Below, one piece after another: positions 23,871 through 36,723 of a stretch of DNA of 64,000 bases (within the stretch, counting starts at the first letter, position 1; every line of letters begins with the position of its first letter). A model generated the notes under the pieces. The model did not search any database, was not told where the DNA came from, and was given only the letters and a program-made list of their open reading frames with translations. Location: contig BDGG01000010.1 in NCBI GenBank assembly GCA_001949185.1, positions 163,337-227,336 on the forward strand. Reading direction: 5' to 3'. The stretch is from Ramazzottius varieornatus (lineage: Eukaryota > Animalia > Tardigrada). Made by a program: the position numbers and the translations under genes.

Positions 23871-26760
23871 TTTTCACGAACTCTTCAGATAGCTATATTC
23901 GGTTTCGTCTGCATTGAAAGTTTCGTGCTCTGAAGAGGCAGCGCGTGGCAGAGCGTAAGTCCAAAGCTTTTGCCAGCAAGGTGAAAAATGTGCTTGGTCG
24001 AAAATCCAAAAGAGAGAAATCTGGAAAATCTCAGAAAGGTTCATGTGTGAATCGCCAAATTGCAAAGTTTACCATGGGCAAATAAAATCACCCACATTGG
24101 TGAAGTCGAAACTCAAGTTATTTTATCTTGTGATCACTTATCTACCCTGTTCTGTCTCCAATGTTGATCTGGTAATTTCAAATAATAGATAGTGTGAGTC
24201 TAAAGTAAATAAAGTAATGTCTCACTAAGTAAACGTGTTCTGCCTTGTCGGTTCGATGGAGCTTCGCAATCCACCACTCACAGGTAAGTCACACCCCGTG
24301 CACATAGCTGATCCGCCTCGACTTGATGCATTTTCATGTTGACCAATTAGGCGATTAGCTCTATTTTTAAAATCTCTGTTTTTACCTCTATCTGGGCGGA
24401 GTTATATCATCCAATCCCAGTGGAGAAATCCTACGTCATCCAACTCTCCTCGTGATTTTCCATCAGAATTTTAATACATTCTGCACGTGTATCACTGACG
24501 AAACACTTCATAAAACACCAAGAATGCAGTAAGTTTGAAATCTTACAGAATTGAGAAAAATAACCGAACCGAATCAAAAGACACCAGCTCGGAAAGACTA
24601 CACCACAACACCACAGTCAAAACAGAAAAGAATAACTATACAAAAGTAGAGAACGGATGTTTCTTTTCAGCTGCAGTTCAGTTGTCCTGTAAAATTAAGC
24701 AGTAGTCAGCCATCGGATAGCTGGAATGTTCACCAAAAACCATCCGAGATGGCTCCAGTCCCAAGCTGGCTGACGATACTTACCGGCCAGCTTACGTACT
24801 AAAATCTGCGAGCTCGCTATTCAAGCTTCCGTCCTGCTTACTGACGTGTCTTGTGATGGGCTATCCGTTTCACGTAGAAGGAACAACGTGAACCCTGAGA
24901 CCTGCAAGATGAGAATCACCATATAATTGCAAGTAGTCAATCAGCGCAAACACAATCAACGGAACCAAAGTCACCAAAGAACGGGAGACGGCTCAGCACG
25001 GACAACCGTTAAGCTCGAGGTAGTTCTTAGTCAGCAATTTCAAGTTCTGGAGAGTGAGGTATTTACCTTGTAACTGATGTCTCCAAGCCTAGGGCAAAAG
25101 ACGGCGAGAAGCGACCTGATCAAAAGGGATCGTCATACCATAGCCAAACGCAGTCCGTCCGATTTCCTTGTCCTGCCCGTCTGCAGGGCAGCGGCGTTCT
25201 CGTCTCCAGAGCGGGTACTTGTCCCGTCGTCGAGCACGGAGTTCTTTCCATAAAGCACAGCTACTAGAAGCCGATCACAGGATGGGATCGGTTCTTCCGA
25301 GAAAAGGGGAGAGCTTAGAAAAGCAAAGTTCAAAATGGCCTCTTGTTAAAAAAAACCCGCTGAATCAAACCAGGCGTGGCTGATTCCAGTAGGGAAATTT
25401 TTAGCTGTGCTAGTGAGGCTCCGTCTCCATCCGTTTCTGTTTGGACTTAGCTTTCTCAGAGCGTACGACCGAATTGGCTTGATAACCAGCCACAAAATAA
25501 AAAACTCCACCCAATTAGCTATTTAGTCACTGTGCTTTGACACAGCAATGCGCGACTGAATCGCGCAACTTTATTCGGGTCCTTCTGCGTAGTAGCTTCT
25601 CACAGGTAGGAGTTCAACCGGAGCATCCTTTGGTCGGTAGCTAAAAGCGCTCATTATCCCCGGCTGAGTGGTACTTCTCCGTCAGAGATTTTCGTTGGTT
25701 GTGCAGTATCTTTCTCTCCTCCAGTGGTGTGACCGAAGTGTTGATGTCTCGGTATGAAAGGGTGCGGTGACTGTGGTCGTGGAAAGTAGGCCGTCAGTAA
25801 AGCTGAAGTGTGCTAGCTTGCACAAATTGACTGAAGAAAGCGTGTGGTCTTTGGGATAGACTTTTCGAAGTGGACAATAAAAGGTGGTCCTGCACACCTA
25901 GCTGCGGTGAGTGTATCGTGACAGGATTCCAGCATCTTGAGACTTACGACTTGTGGTGCAAAACTACCAATTACCTTCTTGCAAGCAAAATTTTCAACAG
26001 CTATCAAAACTTTGATATCAGGTGCGAAGTATGACTTGTTACTTTTTAAAAAATCAAATTCAAGTTTTTTCTTGCAAATTCGGTAATCGTGGCTCTGGTT
26101 CTCCCGCATGAACTTTGTTGTCTACCAACACTGCTCGATCTTTCACAGTAGCAGAGTTGGTCAATAATAATTAAGAAGGTCTAATCAATCAACTGCTAAA
26201 CCGGCCCACCTTCCATGGAACACTGTAGACGCACGAAAAGAAAGTGCGGGTCACTAAAAAGTTTGGGTCAGACGGATAAGACAGAAAATTGAAATTCAAC
26301 CGCAGAGATGGTTGAAAAGTGCTGTGGAGTGAATTGCACACGTACGTACGTACTCCCGTTTCGCTTGGCGCTTGTAGGCCGTTCTTTTAGGCTTTTTGTT
26401 TTGACTGGCTATTCAGAACATGACGTATCAGCACGCCTGATGCCTTTGTTGGGTGACGTAGAAGACCTCGTATCAGATCGTTTGATCGCTCCGACTGAGA
26501 CATGCTCGTAATGTTCGGACTGGTACCCGAAAGAGCTTCCTGTATTGCCGCAAACTGCTGATTCACACGGCAGTCTAGCAAGCTGTTCCGAGATCTTTTC
26601 TCAGCGGAACTTGCCCAAACTGTTCACCGAGTTGTCTGTGCGCTGTGCTCGCTCGCGCATGTAACGCTACGCTGTCGTACAACAGTCGTACGATACGGCC
26701 AACGTACATGCAATCGAACTGCAAAAACTTGAAGAAAGCTGTACGAAGTCTGGCTATAGT

Positions 26761-29749
26761 CAGGGTTGTTCCGATACGATGTATTCTAATGCATAATGCA
26801 GAATTCAATTCCGATATGGCCCGCTTAGAGTANGGCATTGGATCGCGCGGCGGNNNNNNNNNNNNNNNNNNNNNNNNNNNNNNNNNNNNNNNNNNNNNNN
26901 NNNCGCTTCCGCCCTGGAATCTGCTGAAATTGTTACCGCTTGGACTCGCTTAGTATATGATGTGACTGTTTTCCGCCCGCCCCGCATCGATGATAATTAC
27001 GATAAATGTTTAAAAGTAAACCTTGTTGCGTCACATTGCGAACAATCTATATGATAGGCAACCACAGGAAACTGTTTTCGTATGTACAGTTGGGTTTGTT
27101 CGTACTGTAACATCCATGAGTTGAATGTTATAAACGCAATTTCGGTAATGTATTCCTTAAATTCGCGAATTCATGTTTTCCTTCCCGATTTCTGTTTGGT
27201 CTTTATTATTGCACATGATCTTGACTGCCACAGATTGATTGTACTTTCGGGTCAGACGATGAGATGGAAGACATTGCCGAAGAGGAGGAGATCGATCTCA
27301 CAAGCGCCGGAATTCCGCAGAAGAGAAAGAAACACAATGTGACAGGAAAACCCAAAGCCGTAAAGCGTACAATCCGCAGCACTGAGCTGACCAGAGAGGA
27401 GGTGGTGAAAGGCATCGGAGATGGTGTTTACGACAGAAAAGCGAATGACGGTGGAAGAAGTGAGATCTGGCGAGCATTTTCCAAAGTTGAGACAAGCGAC
27501 ACTAAAGAAGAACTCGACTTCGTGTCCTGCAATAAATGTCATCATGTCTACTCTCATAAAGTAAACTCTGGAACGACGGCGTTGGCAAACCATGTGGTGA
27601 GTTGCAAAGGGAAAAGCGGCGGTCCAATGGATGGCTATGTCAGAACCGTCGATGGGATATCCAGGAAAACCAGAAGATCGTTTCGGATGCTCTCGCTCAG
27701 TAAGTCTGAATTCAGAGTTAAATAATCATCGTAATCAGGCGTAATACGTGTTATGTACAGGTATTGTGCGATGGACTCAAGATTGTTTCGGGAATGTGAA
27801 GGAAAAGGATTCCAGAAAGTAATCGATGCTGTTATCTACGTAGCAAAGAGACACAAAGGTGTTCTGGAAGCGAAGGATATCATGCCCACGGCCAAGACTG
27901 TTAGCAGTCACGTCACAAGTCAAGTCCGCGCACTGCGGGAAAAGGACGGGCCCAGAGTAAAAGATATCCTTCTGAACCGAGGTGGCTGCATCACATTGGA
28001 TGGGTGGACCGAAGATTACGCCAAGACCAAGCACATGGGGTTCAAACTGCATTACATTGAAGATTATGTTCTCAAAAAGCAGCTTCTATCAATATCCGAA
28101 CACGACTGTTCTAAAAGTCAGGAAGGTGAGAAATAATGTCAAACGAGATATTTCTTATAACCAAATACGCAATATATTTATACTACTTTATTATTTCAGC
28201 TGAAGAAATACGAGAGTTTGTAGTCAAGAAGCTTTCTGAATTCAGTTTATCGGAGGAGGATTGCAAGAAAGTGACATTCGTCAGTGATGCGGCGCCGAAC
28301 ATGATGAAAACATTCAACCTCAACAATCGAGCACTTATGAAGCGCATTAGCTGTGCTTGCCACATGCTGAACACTTGTCTTGCGAATGCAGTGAACCGTC
28401 GACCCAATTCCCAATCCAAACTCAGTGACGATGGACTACCAGTGCTGAAGTTGTTTCAGCAATGCAAAGAGCTGGTGACCTACTGTAAGCAAGCTTACCT
28501 GTTTCGAGAGTTGTCAGCAGCTCCCAAGCAATCTGTCGATACTCGATGGAATTCCAGCTTGGACATGCGAGACTCAATCATTCGACTTTATGAAGAATCA
28601 GGAGACCTTCTTCAAGCACGGGACGAAAAAGATAAGCTACCGGGACCGCTAGGTTTTCTGCAGGCTGTTGCAGATCTTTCGCCGCCTTTCAAGAAGCCCT
28701 AAGCGCAGCCACGAGTCCAACCTTACAGTTGGTCGTAGAACACTTTCTCGAAATACGAATTCATGTGAAGGACGCCCATGCGCCGGAGTATCATGATCTG
28801 CCTCAGTACAGAGCACTTCAAGCTTATCAGGTACATTAAGTTTTGTGAACTCAGATAGATAGTTGCTCAATTATTGATTCAAGTTTTCAATCCACAGGTT
28901 CAACTTCAAAAATGTGCTGAAGCCAAGCTTACTGTCGACGAGTACCACAAAGTAGCAGTCTTTTTGGATCCAGCCATGAAAGACCTGTTGATGTTCGAAG
29001 GTCAAGACAAAGAAGCTGTTCTAAACAGTGTTCGTCGGTTAAGCGGTGACACCACTTTGAGTAGTTCCCGGAATCCAAACAAAGATGAGTCCACTGCTAC
29101 CGCGTCTGAATTCAGCAAATTTCGTCGATATGCCAGCGTGAAGGAGACCAACAACTACACCGATGAGATCGCGCTTTAATTGAGCCTACCGCCGCGGCCC
29201 AGTACAAAGACAATGCTTCAGTTTTGGAAGGAACATGCAAGTGATCTACCGAAGCTTTACGCGCTAGCCCTCAATATCTTTGCCATACAGGCATCAAGTG
29301 CGTCGTCCGAAAGATTGTTCAGTGATGCGGGTAATATTTTTACTGATAAACGTACTATGCTTGGAAGTGAAAAGCTTGATGACTTGTTGTACTTGAAATG
29401 GAATTTGGAGTTTGTTGTATCAGAGCCAATAGTCTCTACCGTCAAGGCTAAGACTTGATAACTATGTTTCTTCCATAGTAGTTGCTTCTGAATTCAGACT
29501 CGTTTACCTTGCCTGAAGTACCGCTCACTTCCGCTTTCGCGTCGGCATTAAAGGTTTACTGCCCGCTTTCGCCTTGAGATTACCAAAAATTATTCCGTAC
29601 AGTCCAGCGTGGACAAGAAAATTTTGTGAAATTCTGGTTTCCGCCAAGGAAAAGTTGAACGGTTCCCTACTCTCGGCCCGCTGTAGCCATAGACTTGACA
29701 TGGGTGACCGGATTTGAACTAGTTCCGCTGTCGTTTCGGAACAACACTG
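26761..29749 (+). mobile_element. Full-length degenerate hAT DNA transposon 2 (Hermes/hobo-like, ~3.0 kb as assembled, contains an N gap)
   Basis: TIRs cagggttgttccgatacga / tcgtttcggaacaacactg. 8-bp TSD gctatagt (26753-26760) / cctatagt (29750-29757). Confidence 0.9.
27264..29458 (+). pseudogene. hAT transposase, intron-containing, with frameshifts/stops
   Basis: BED finger RSEIWRAF...CNKC...GTTALANHVVSC; DSRLFRECEGKGF; CITLDGWTEDY; FVSDAAPNM; CACHMLN; DTRWNS; QFWK...PKLYALALNIFAIQASSASSERLFS. Confidence 0.92.
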
Positions 29750-29800
29750 CCTATAGTTCCGCTGCTTCGGAATCGCCTGGACCAAACTTCTTTTTGTGCG

Positions 29801-29939
29801 TGTACTGCGGGCAGGAAATGCCTAGGTCTCGACTGGTTCAGTAAAACTGTGGTGCTGCTAGAGCGTGTGCATGTCTTCTCCCATTTTCTGTAGCGAGCTG
29901 TGTGACGAAACCCAATCTCATTGTAGGGCGCGACAAGCA
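29801..29939. repeat. Dispersed repeat, copy 2 (first copy at 11954-12101)
   Basis: Same conserved blocks as 11954-12101. Confidence 0.7.
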
Positions 29940-29990
29940 TGCACAGACTTCGTGTGCTCTCACGCAGCCATGAGCATTGGTGAGTGGGCT

Positions 29991-30243
29991 CAGAGGTTTT
30001 CCTGACCCATAGACCATGGCACATGAGCTACGGTGGACAGGTTACGGTCTTACGCGCTTAGCTCGTTACGTCACGATCAGCTGATCGGTGAACCAAGGTA
30101 GTAATGTGGCATTGCCGCTCATCAACCGTACACCACACAGTCGGATTGGATGAGGTAGCGATCAGTCAGAATTCAGATTGGACGAAACGAAACCTGCCTA
30201 TTGTAGCTCATGTGCCATGACCAATGGGACAAGAAAACTTCTG
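29991..30243. mobile_element. MITE (253 bp) with perfect 8-bp TSD, probably hAT-mobilised
   Basis: Long imperfect TIRs cagaggttttcctgacccatagaccatggcacatgagctac / gtagctcatgtgccatgaccaatgggacaagaaaacttctg. TSD agtgggct on both sides. Confidence 0.88.
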
Positions 30244-32681
30244 AGTGGGCTGGCCTTTTTCTACCTCTGCTCCAGTCAGTCATCAGACCGTTGTTCCATC
30301 TCTTCGTCGGTACGACATTTAGGACCTTCTTAAGTATTGTTTACAAATTCTGCCAGTAGGTTTCAAGCCTGCGCGTTGACCCCGCGAAAAGAAATCCTAG
30401 TCCAGACCCAAATAAGGAAGACTTTTCCGTTTTTCCGATTTTTGCCTCTGAGAAGCGGGCTAGGCGACTTTCCTGCAAATTTCACTATTCTGTGCAGCTA
30501 AGTTGGAGCCCTATGATGGTACTTTGAAGTTGTCGCATTACGGCTAAATTTTAGAAGGAGGAAAATGTTGTTTTCCGCTTGCAAAAACGACCTGCAAAGT
30601 GCGCCACTTTAGTAAGATAGAGAGGACTAAATTTCACCCGCCTCATGGACTTCCTGAAACGCTCGGACAAGCTATCCAGTAGATTCACCAGGATGTGTGT
30701 TATCTTTAGCCGAGGTTGCTTGGGATTGAACTGTTGCATCTCCGGGAATGCAAGAACAGGTGTTAGAAAATTTGTTCGGATTCCATCCGAAAACGTTGGC
30801 AGCGCACGTTATCGGGAAGAATCGAAACTGGTTTTGAGACAGCTGAAGTCGGGGTATTGAACGGGACCATCGGCACGTTTGGAACAGAATTTGGGCACAC
30901 GAGTTGTTTTTGTATAGGTGGTGGTATTTTCAAACATGACGACTTTCTTCGAGCGAATTTTCGAAGTCGACACGAGAAAAACTCGGATGTTAAGAAGCTG
31001 ATCCGAGAGCCAAATGATAATAAACCATGATAGAAGAAGTTTGGGAGAAAATGCTTTGCGGGAACGGGAGAAAACAATTTTTGAAGTTGGTGTTAGGGAG
31101 AGAGTAACAAGTCGCACTGCCGCACCTGATCGTTCTTTCATTACGTAGGACTACGGCGCTTCTCGATCAGCGCAACCCGATACCAATGGCCAGGCTCGTG
31201 TAGTGTCCGGTGCCACGGTGGATAGGTAGGAGGGCTCGTAATATTTGCATGGGGACGACTGTCTGAACCAAGAGAGTCATCTGGACTGGAGTAGTGGGCT
31301 GTACTGTGGACATCAGCGGGTTGCGCCCCCTGAACCCCCCGCCAGCTCGCAGTCCGGCGCTTTGCGCCTCCTTTGCGTGGTCGTCCACCATGACGCCAGT
31401 TCGCCTGGGGTAGTGAGCTGTGGGGGGTTTACAGTTGCTGTTCTCAGTGGTGCAGCTATTGGTCAAAAAACGTTTCCGAAATTGCGCACTGTCAAAATGG
31501 CTATGTGGTTCGAGCAGCAGCTGACTTGGCGACATTGGTTTTGTGTGGCGGAAATCGGTGACAGTTGGCTGAGGTGGACCGTCGTGACTGCCTACCGAGC
31601 TGAGTAGGGTTTGCGAGTAGACGATTCTGGTCATCCGGATCAAGTCCAATTAACTTTTCAGTACAGAGTTTGCGATTCTGAAAAAGCTCGAAAAATCCGA
31701 TCTTCCATTGAAATCCGGACAGACTAATGAGGGCTTCGCATCGCTCGACCAGATTATAAAGCAAGAAACAGAAAAACACAAAGAAACACAAAGAATCGCT
31801 CCTCACACTTGTATCTACTGTCTGATTGCATACTAACAAGAAGATCATACGAGCGACATGCAGAGACCTGGGTGCCATTTCCACAAAAAATTGCCAGAAC
31901 GACTACCTTAGACGAATTTTCATGCTACAGGACTTCAGTGTGACGTCAAAACTTTTTCAGTTAAAAATTCGAGCACCTTCAGACTTTCCCGACGTAGCCC
32001 ACTGACCAATGGTCAGACGGCCAAATGGATGCCATAATCTGGTTGCTCGATGTTTGTTATCGCAGTAGCAGTTGAGGATTGCCCCTGGGGTGCCAAAACT
32101 TCAAAACCGTTTCCTGAACAATCGTGTTATTGGTCAATGTTCCGGAAATTGGGCTGCCGAAATCCATGTATGTCTGTTTACCCAACCGGTCTACGCCTAC
32201 GAGAAAAAAGAACCAGATTTGTTCAGTTAAGTAAAAAATACGGCAGATGACAATTCCAGAACTCAAAACAAGGCCTAAAGCGCCTGTTCGAGGTCTCCGC
32301 AGGTCGCTTCCCGACGGAAGCAACGATTAAAACGATTCTTCCTATTCTCAACAGCTAGGGGACTTTTTACTCTTCCCAGTGCTGGTTTTTCATTCTTCGG
32401 GACGTTCAGGTCACGTAACGGTGCGCCCAAAACAGGCTAGGTTTGGACCTTGACGGATTGAGACCTGCCAGTTGATTTGTTGATCAAGTCTGCGGAAAGC
32501 CAGCCGACCGAGTAGACCAGAACTTTATCACTGAGATACAGTTTAAACTTTGCAAATTGGAGTAGAGCGGCGGAAGATACTGTTTTTTGACTGAAGGATT
32601 AGAGGGGGTAAGTCACATAGGGGAGTCAGTGACTTGCATGTGCAGAAAGATTTAATATCAATAAGGACTCCAATCAGAAGT

Positions 32682-34458
32682 TCAGTCATGAGTACAGTGT
32701 GGTCTGTGCATTTCGGGGCAAGGCGAATTCAGAGTTCGCGCGTGCAGCAGGGTTAACCTTCTGAAAGTCAAAGCTTTCTTAACGCATTCGCGAAAACGTT
32801 TGGACAAGAGGGCGTACAGGAACGGATTAACACAGCAGTTGAGAAAGATCATGCATTTGGAGAACAGGGCATACCACAAGTCCAGCCACGGCTCTTCAAC
32901 CAAACTGTTGTAAATCAGCAGACCACGGAAGGGTAACCAGCAAACCGCGAATAGCAACACTGTCGCTACCAATATGCGAAGACTCTGCAGACGAAGCCAA
33001 TATTAACAAGTTTGCAAGACATGCAGTTTGAAGGTGGGTCCTTACCTGAGCAACATTACGCCGCGTATTAGGTCTGCCGCGTGGTGTGACACTATGGATT
33101 ATCTGCGGGCTCGGTTGTCCGTTCCTCTCAGACAGTGTGCGTGTCGCACTTGTCACAAGCGTGGCGCCGTGATCGCGGTCCGCGAAAGACTCATTGCGTG
33201 ATAAGTGGTGTTCCGGTGTGCTTCTGGGCTTTCGTACAAATTTCCGGTTGCTGGATGGGTAGGGTTTCATCGAGTTTTCCATCTCCAGTCCCTGATGAAT
33301 CATACTGACAGGGCCCAGCTCGTCTGGAAGGCTTCGTAGTACTCTTCCAATGTTCCAGTAGACAAACATGGCTTGGATCAGAGGTACCACGTAGAGCAGT
33401 ACCAAGTCGGTGGTAAAAAGGCCGGTGTATAAACTCTGTGTCAGAGTCAACTGACAATGATACGATCCAGCAAAAATCTCGTCTTCCAGGACTTGTGCCA
33501 GTCCCAACCAGGGACTACAGTAGAGAAAACCGAGCACCCAACAACCAGCAATGATCTTGCGACTGCGTTCTACTGTGCACAGTTTCTGAGCCAGGAACGG
33601 ACGGCACGTTGCGATGTATCTTTCAAGAGTGAATGCCATCATGCTGTAAGATATCAACGATTATTTATGCAGAAAGTTGCATGGCTTCGTACCAGTGCCA
33701 GATCTTTCAAGCGTCTGACTTATCGGCTTGTTATCATAGTAGACAATGTACCTACCCGGGCTTCGACGGGATACAGTTATTTGTCTGGGGGCTTACCTCA
33801 AAGTGCCGACATTGATGCAGAAAAAATTCATGAAAACAAAAGCCGCACAGACAAATGATGTCGAGTACCAAAGCCCGCTGGATATAGTGTAGCTGTTAGA
33901 AGGAAGAAAAACGTGTTACAAAGAGCATACCGCATGAAAATCGATGACATCGGAAGTAACGACCATAAAAGCCTGATCAATGCAAATTCAGTGAGAGCAC
34001 AGAGGCGTGACTTACACGAGACCTTCCGGAACGACAGTGCATATCACCAACAGATCCGCGCACGCTAGAGATGTCTACAAAATCAGAAAACGTGTCCGTC
34101 GACAACATTAATTCTAGCCACTTGGGCCAGTAAACATTACTAAACATAGCCTGATTAGCGGGATGAGATGTGCACATGGAATGCGTTACGGTAGCAGAAT
34201 CTTTGATAGTGAACCATAATGGTGACACCATTAACTTACGAGATAAGCGTAGGCGGAAGTGTGCAGGGAATTGGAAACATAGATGGTGAAGATAACGATG
34301 GAGTTCCCGGTGATTCCCAGCAGAAAGATAATGGAGTAAGCCACAGTAGCCACGATTCGGTAGCGTACTCCGAAAGGTTCAAAGTAGTAGATTGGTTCTT
34401 CAGTTTCATTGTTGGCGCTTGTCTCGTTGGAGACTTCGAAACTATCGTTCCAGGACAT
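32682..34458 (-). CDS. Class A GPCR, TRH-receptor-like, paralog 2 (5 exons, ~424 aa, intact)
   Basis: Exons 34458-34240, 34074-34016, 33892-33797, 33643-33046, 32984-32682 join in frame. Intron positions and the 59-nt and 96-nt internal exons are identical to paralog 1, with the same 7TM motifs. N-terminal N-glycosylation sequons (NDS, NET). Confidence 0.92.
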
Positions 34459-34726
34459 TGTAACCTCGAGTGTGTTCAGTTCAGATCGGTTACAGCATCA
34501 GCGAACATCCAGTCCGCGAGGTGTCCGTCCATTCTACTTCCTTGTCGCCGCAGAAAAAAACACATACACGTGGACAAATGGAATTTAGGCGTCATAAGAG
34601 AGGGAACAGATGTAATAGATACATCATCCTCAGAAAGTGTTTCCGACAATCCATCTTTGGATGACGGTGTCGGATGAACAGGGTACTGAACGCCTACACT
34701 TGTAGCCGGCGCACTTACCACCCTAT

Positions 34727-35679
34727 CAGTGTTAGATTAATTTCGCTCCCAAATTTAGTTACAGTTTTATCCCAGGGTAAAATATTTAAATTTTAAGGTT
34801 TAAAGCTTTAGTTCAGACGATTCATTTTTGCTCCCGGCCAATTTAGTTTTTTTTCGTTCGAATGCAATTTACTCCCTTGAATTCTAGTTTTACTTAAGAA
34901 ATGTAGTTTTAGTCCCAGGGAGCTTACTTTTAGTCTTGATAGAGTTAATTTACTCTCTCGTTAACAGGTATTTACTGTCAAAAATCCTTTCTTTCTGAAC
35001 ACATTCAAAGGCCTTGAAAAGTGAAGAAACAAATTGAAAACTACGATAAACCGAGTTCCGCTCTTTGAATTATTGTGTTAGCGTCTGCAAACTAGTTTTA
35101 TCCATACTAAACTTAATATCATAGTTGAAACAAGATAGAAGCTCATCTTTCCCATCTTCTTTTTGCTTCAAAGCAAAAATCTGAATCTTAACTCCGATTT
35201 TGGTCCACGCGATTTTGGTAGTTTTCCTCTCATGAAATTCAGTTTTACTCCCAGCCTTTGCATCTTACTCTCTGGAATTTAGATTATACTCTTAAAATTC
35301 AGTTTTACTCTTAAGGGTTTCCCTTACTGCATTACCTCTAAGGTTTCGCGCAGTCATGTGACAGATCAGTGAATTACACCCGGGACCCATATCACTGATT
35401 GTTTGATTGTGGCACATTGCTGCGCCTGATTGGCCAGGAATTTTTGATTGATGGCAGTGAAATGTTTTATCCCTCCATGCAATATTTACTGCCGTGTCAC
35501 GTGGCTGCGCGAAACCTTAGAGGCAATACAGAACACTCCCAACTTTCCTGTTTTACTCCACTTAGGCCACAATTTCGCCCTCGGCTTTCAGTTTTACTCT
35601 GTTTTACTCCAGGGAGAAGATTGTAACTAAAAAAAGAGTAAATCGAATTAGCTCTAGAGTATAACTAAATACAACACTG
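34727..35679. mobile_element. Non-autonomous hAT-like element (~950 bp) 5' of GPCR2, with a nested IR element at ~35328-35531
   Basis: Ends cagtgtt / aacactg. Degenerate 8-bp TSD caccctat / caccgtgt. Many subterminal (a)gttttactc repeats. Inner IR ctgcattacctctaaggtttcgcgcagtcatgtgaca / tgtcacgtggctgcgcgaaaccttagaggcaatacag. Confidence 0.7.
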
Positions 35680-36523
35680 CACCGTGTTACCTAATTGGAG
35701 ATAATAAGTGTGCCGACGTTTGGTAGCAAGTACGACGACCTTTGGCAAATAACTACAGTAGTAAGTAGGACCACCTTCACGAAACAGTCACCTTCTTTCC
35801 CACATCTTACGGTGTATGTAGCACAACGTGGATCACCAAACGGATGCGCATGTCATCTTAGAGGTATTCTCGGAAATAAATGACAGCTGAGACGACTTCG
35901 CTAAAAGACACAAATGTCCTAAAAATCTTCGCAACCCCACACATGAATGGAATATCGGTGATGATCAACGTAAGCTGGATTAACTGTCTCCTAGGTCGGC
36001 GGTATACTGCGTCAAAATTTCAGATCAGTGGAAGACACATAAGTTAACACCTTCAGCACCCCGAGATTTCGGGCTTTGAGAATACCAGGTGGAAAAGTCA
36101 CTTTCGCCTTTTTCTAACTGGTCGACATTGGGGGCGTCGCCAAATAGGACCAGTCACCACCGTTTCGGTTGGCCGAGATACAAGAATATGATGTACAGTG
36201 CGCCACCTATCAGCTTGAAACGGCCAACCTTCATGTTTTTCTCTTGATCACCGGACAAATCATTTCTTGAAACTGAAACATTTGCTAGATGGACAAATGT
36301 TTGAGCTCGAACTACATTTTTTTGGCGACATTGGCTCAACCGAGAGCCTGACTGAAAAATAATTTGCTGGCAAGGACTAGATTTCTATGGAGAACGGAAA
36401 GCATTCCAGATAGTTTTGTAGATACACTGTCCAGTGGCTGCTAGTTGGAGGTTGGAGGGAAGTTGATTCTCCAGGCAAAGGGGGAAAAACGAGGAACAAA
36501 ATTTAAACTGGAATCTCGCTACT

Positions 36524-36723
36524 CATGGATGCCGTCTGCCGTACGAAGTCCATGCCATGATCCCAGGAGAGATGCACTTCAACCCCAAAACAGCTGATCC
36601 CAAATAAACTTTCGGACCCCGGTACAAAAGCACTGGCGGACCCTCGAGCTTAAGCACACAGTTCCAAGGGCACACCTCCTGCGACGGATCATGGCACGGA
36701 CGTTTTGACTGGCGGCATCTATC
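36524..36723. mobile_element. ~200-bp MITE, copy 1
   Basis: Ends catggatgccg / cggcatctatc. TSD tcgctact / tcgccact. Homologous along its length to 38900-39100. Confidence 0.8.

Noticed and set aside
26831-29824. Alternative hAT2 ends tanggcatt / aatgccta
   Set aside because: No TSD; the 26761/29749 pair has longer TIRs and an 8-bp TSD.
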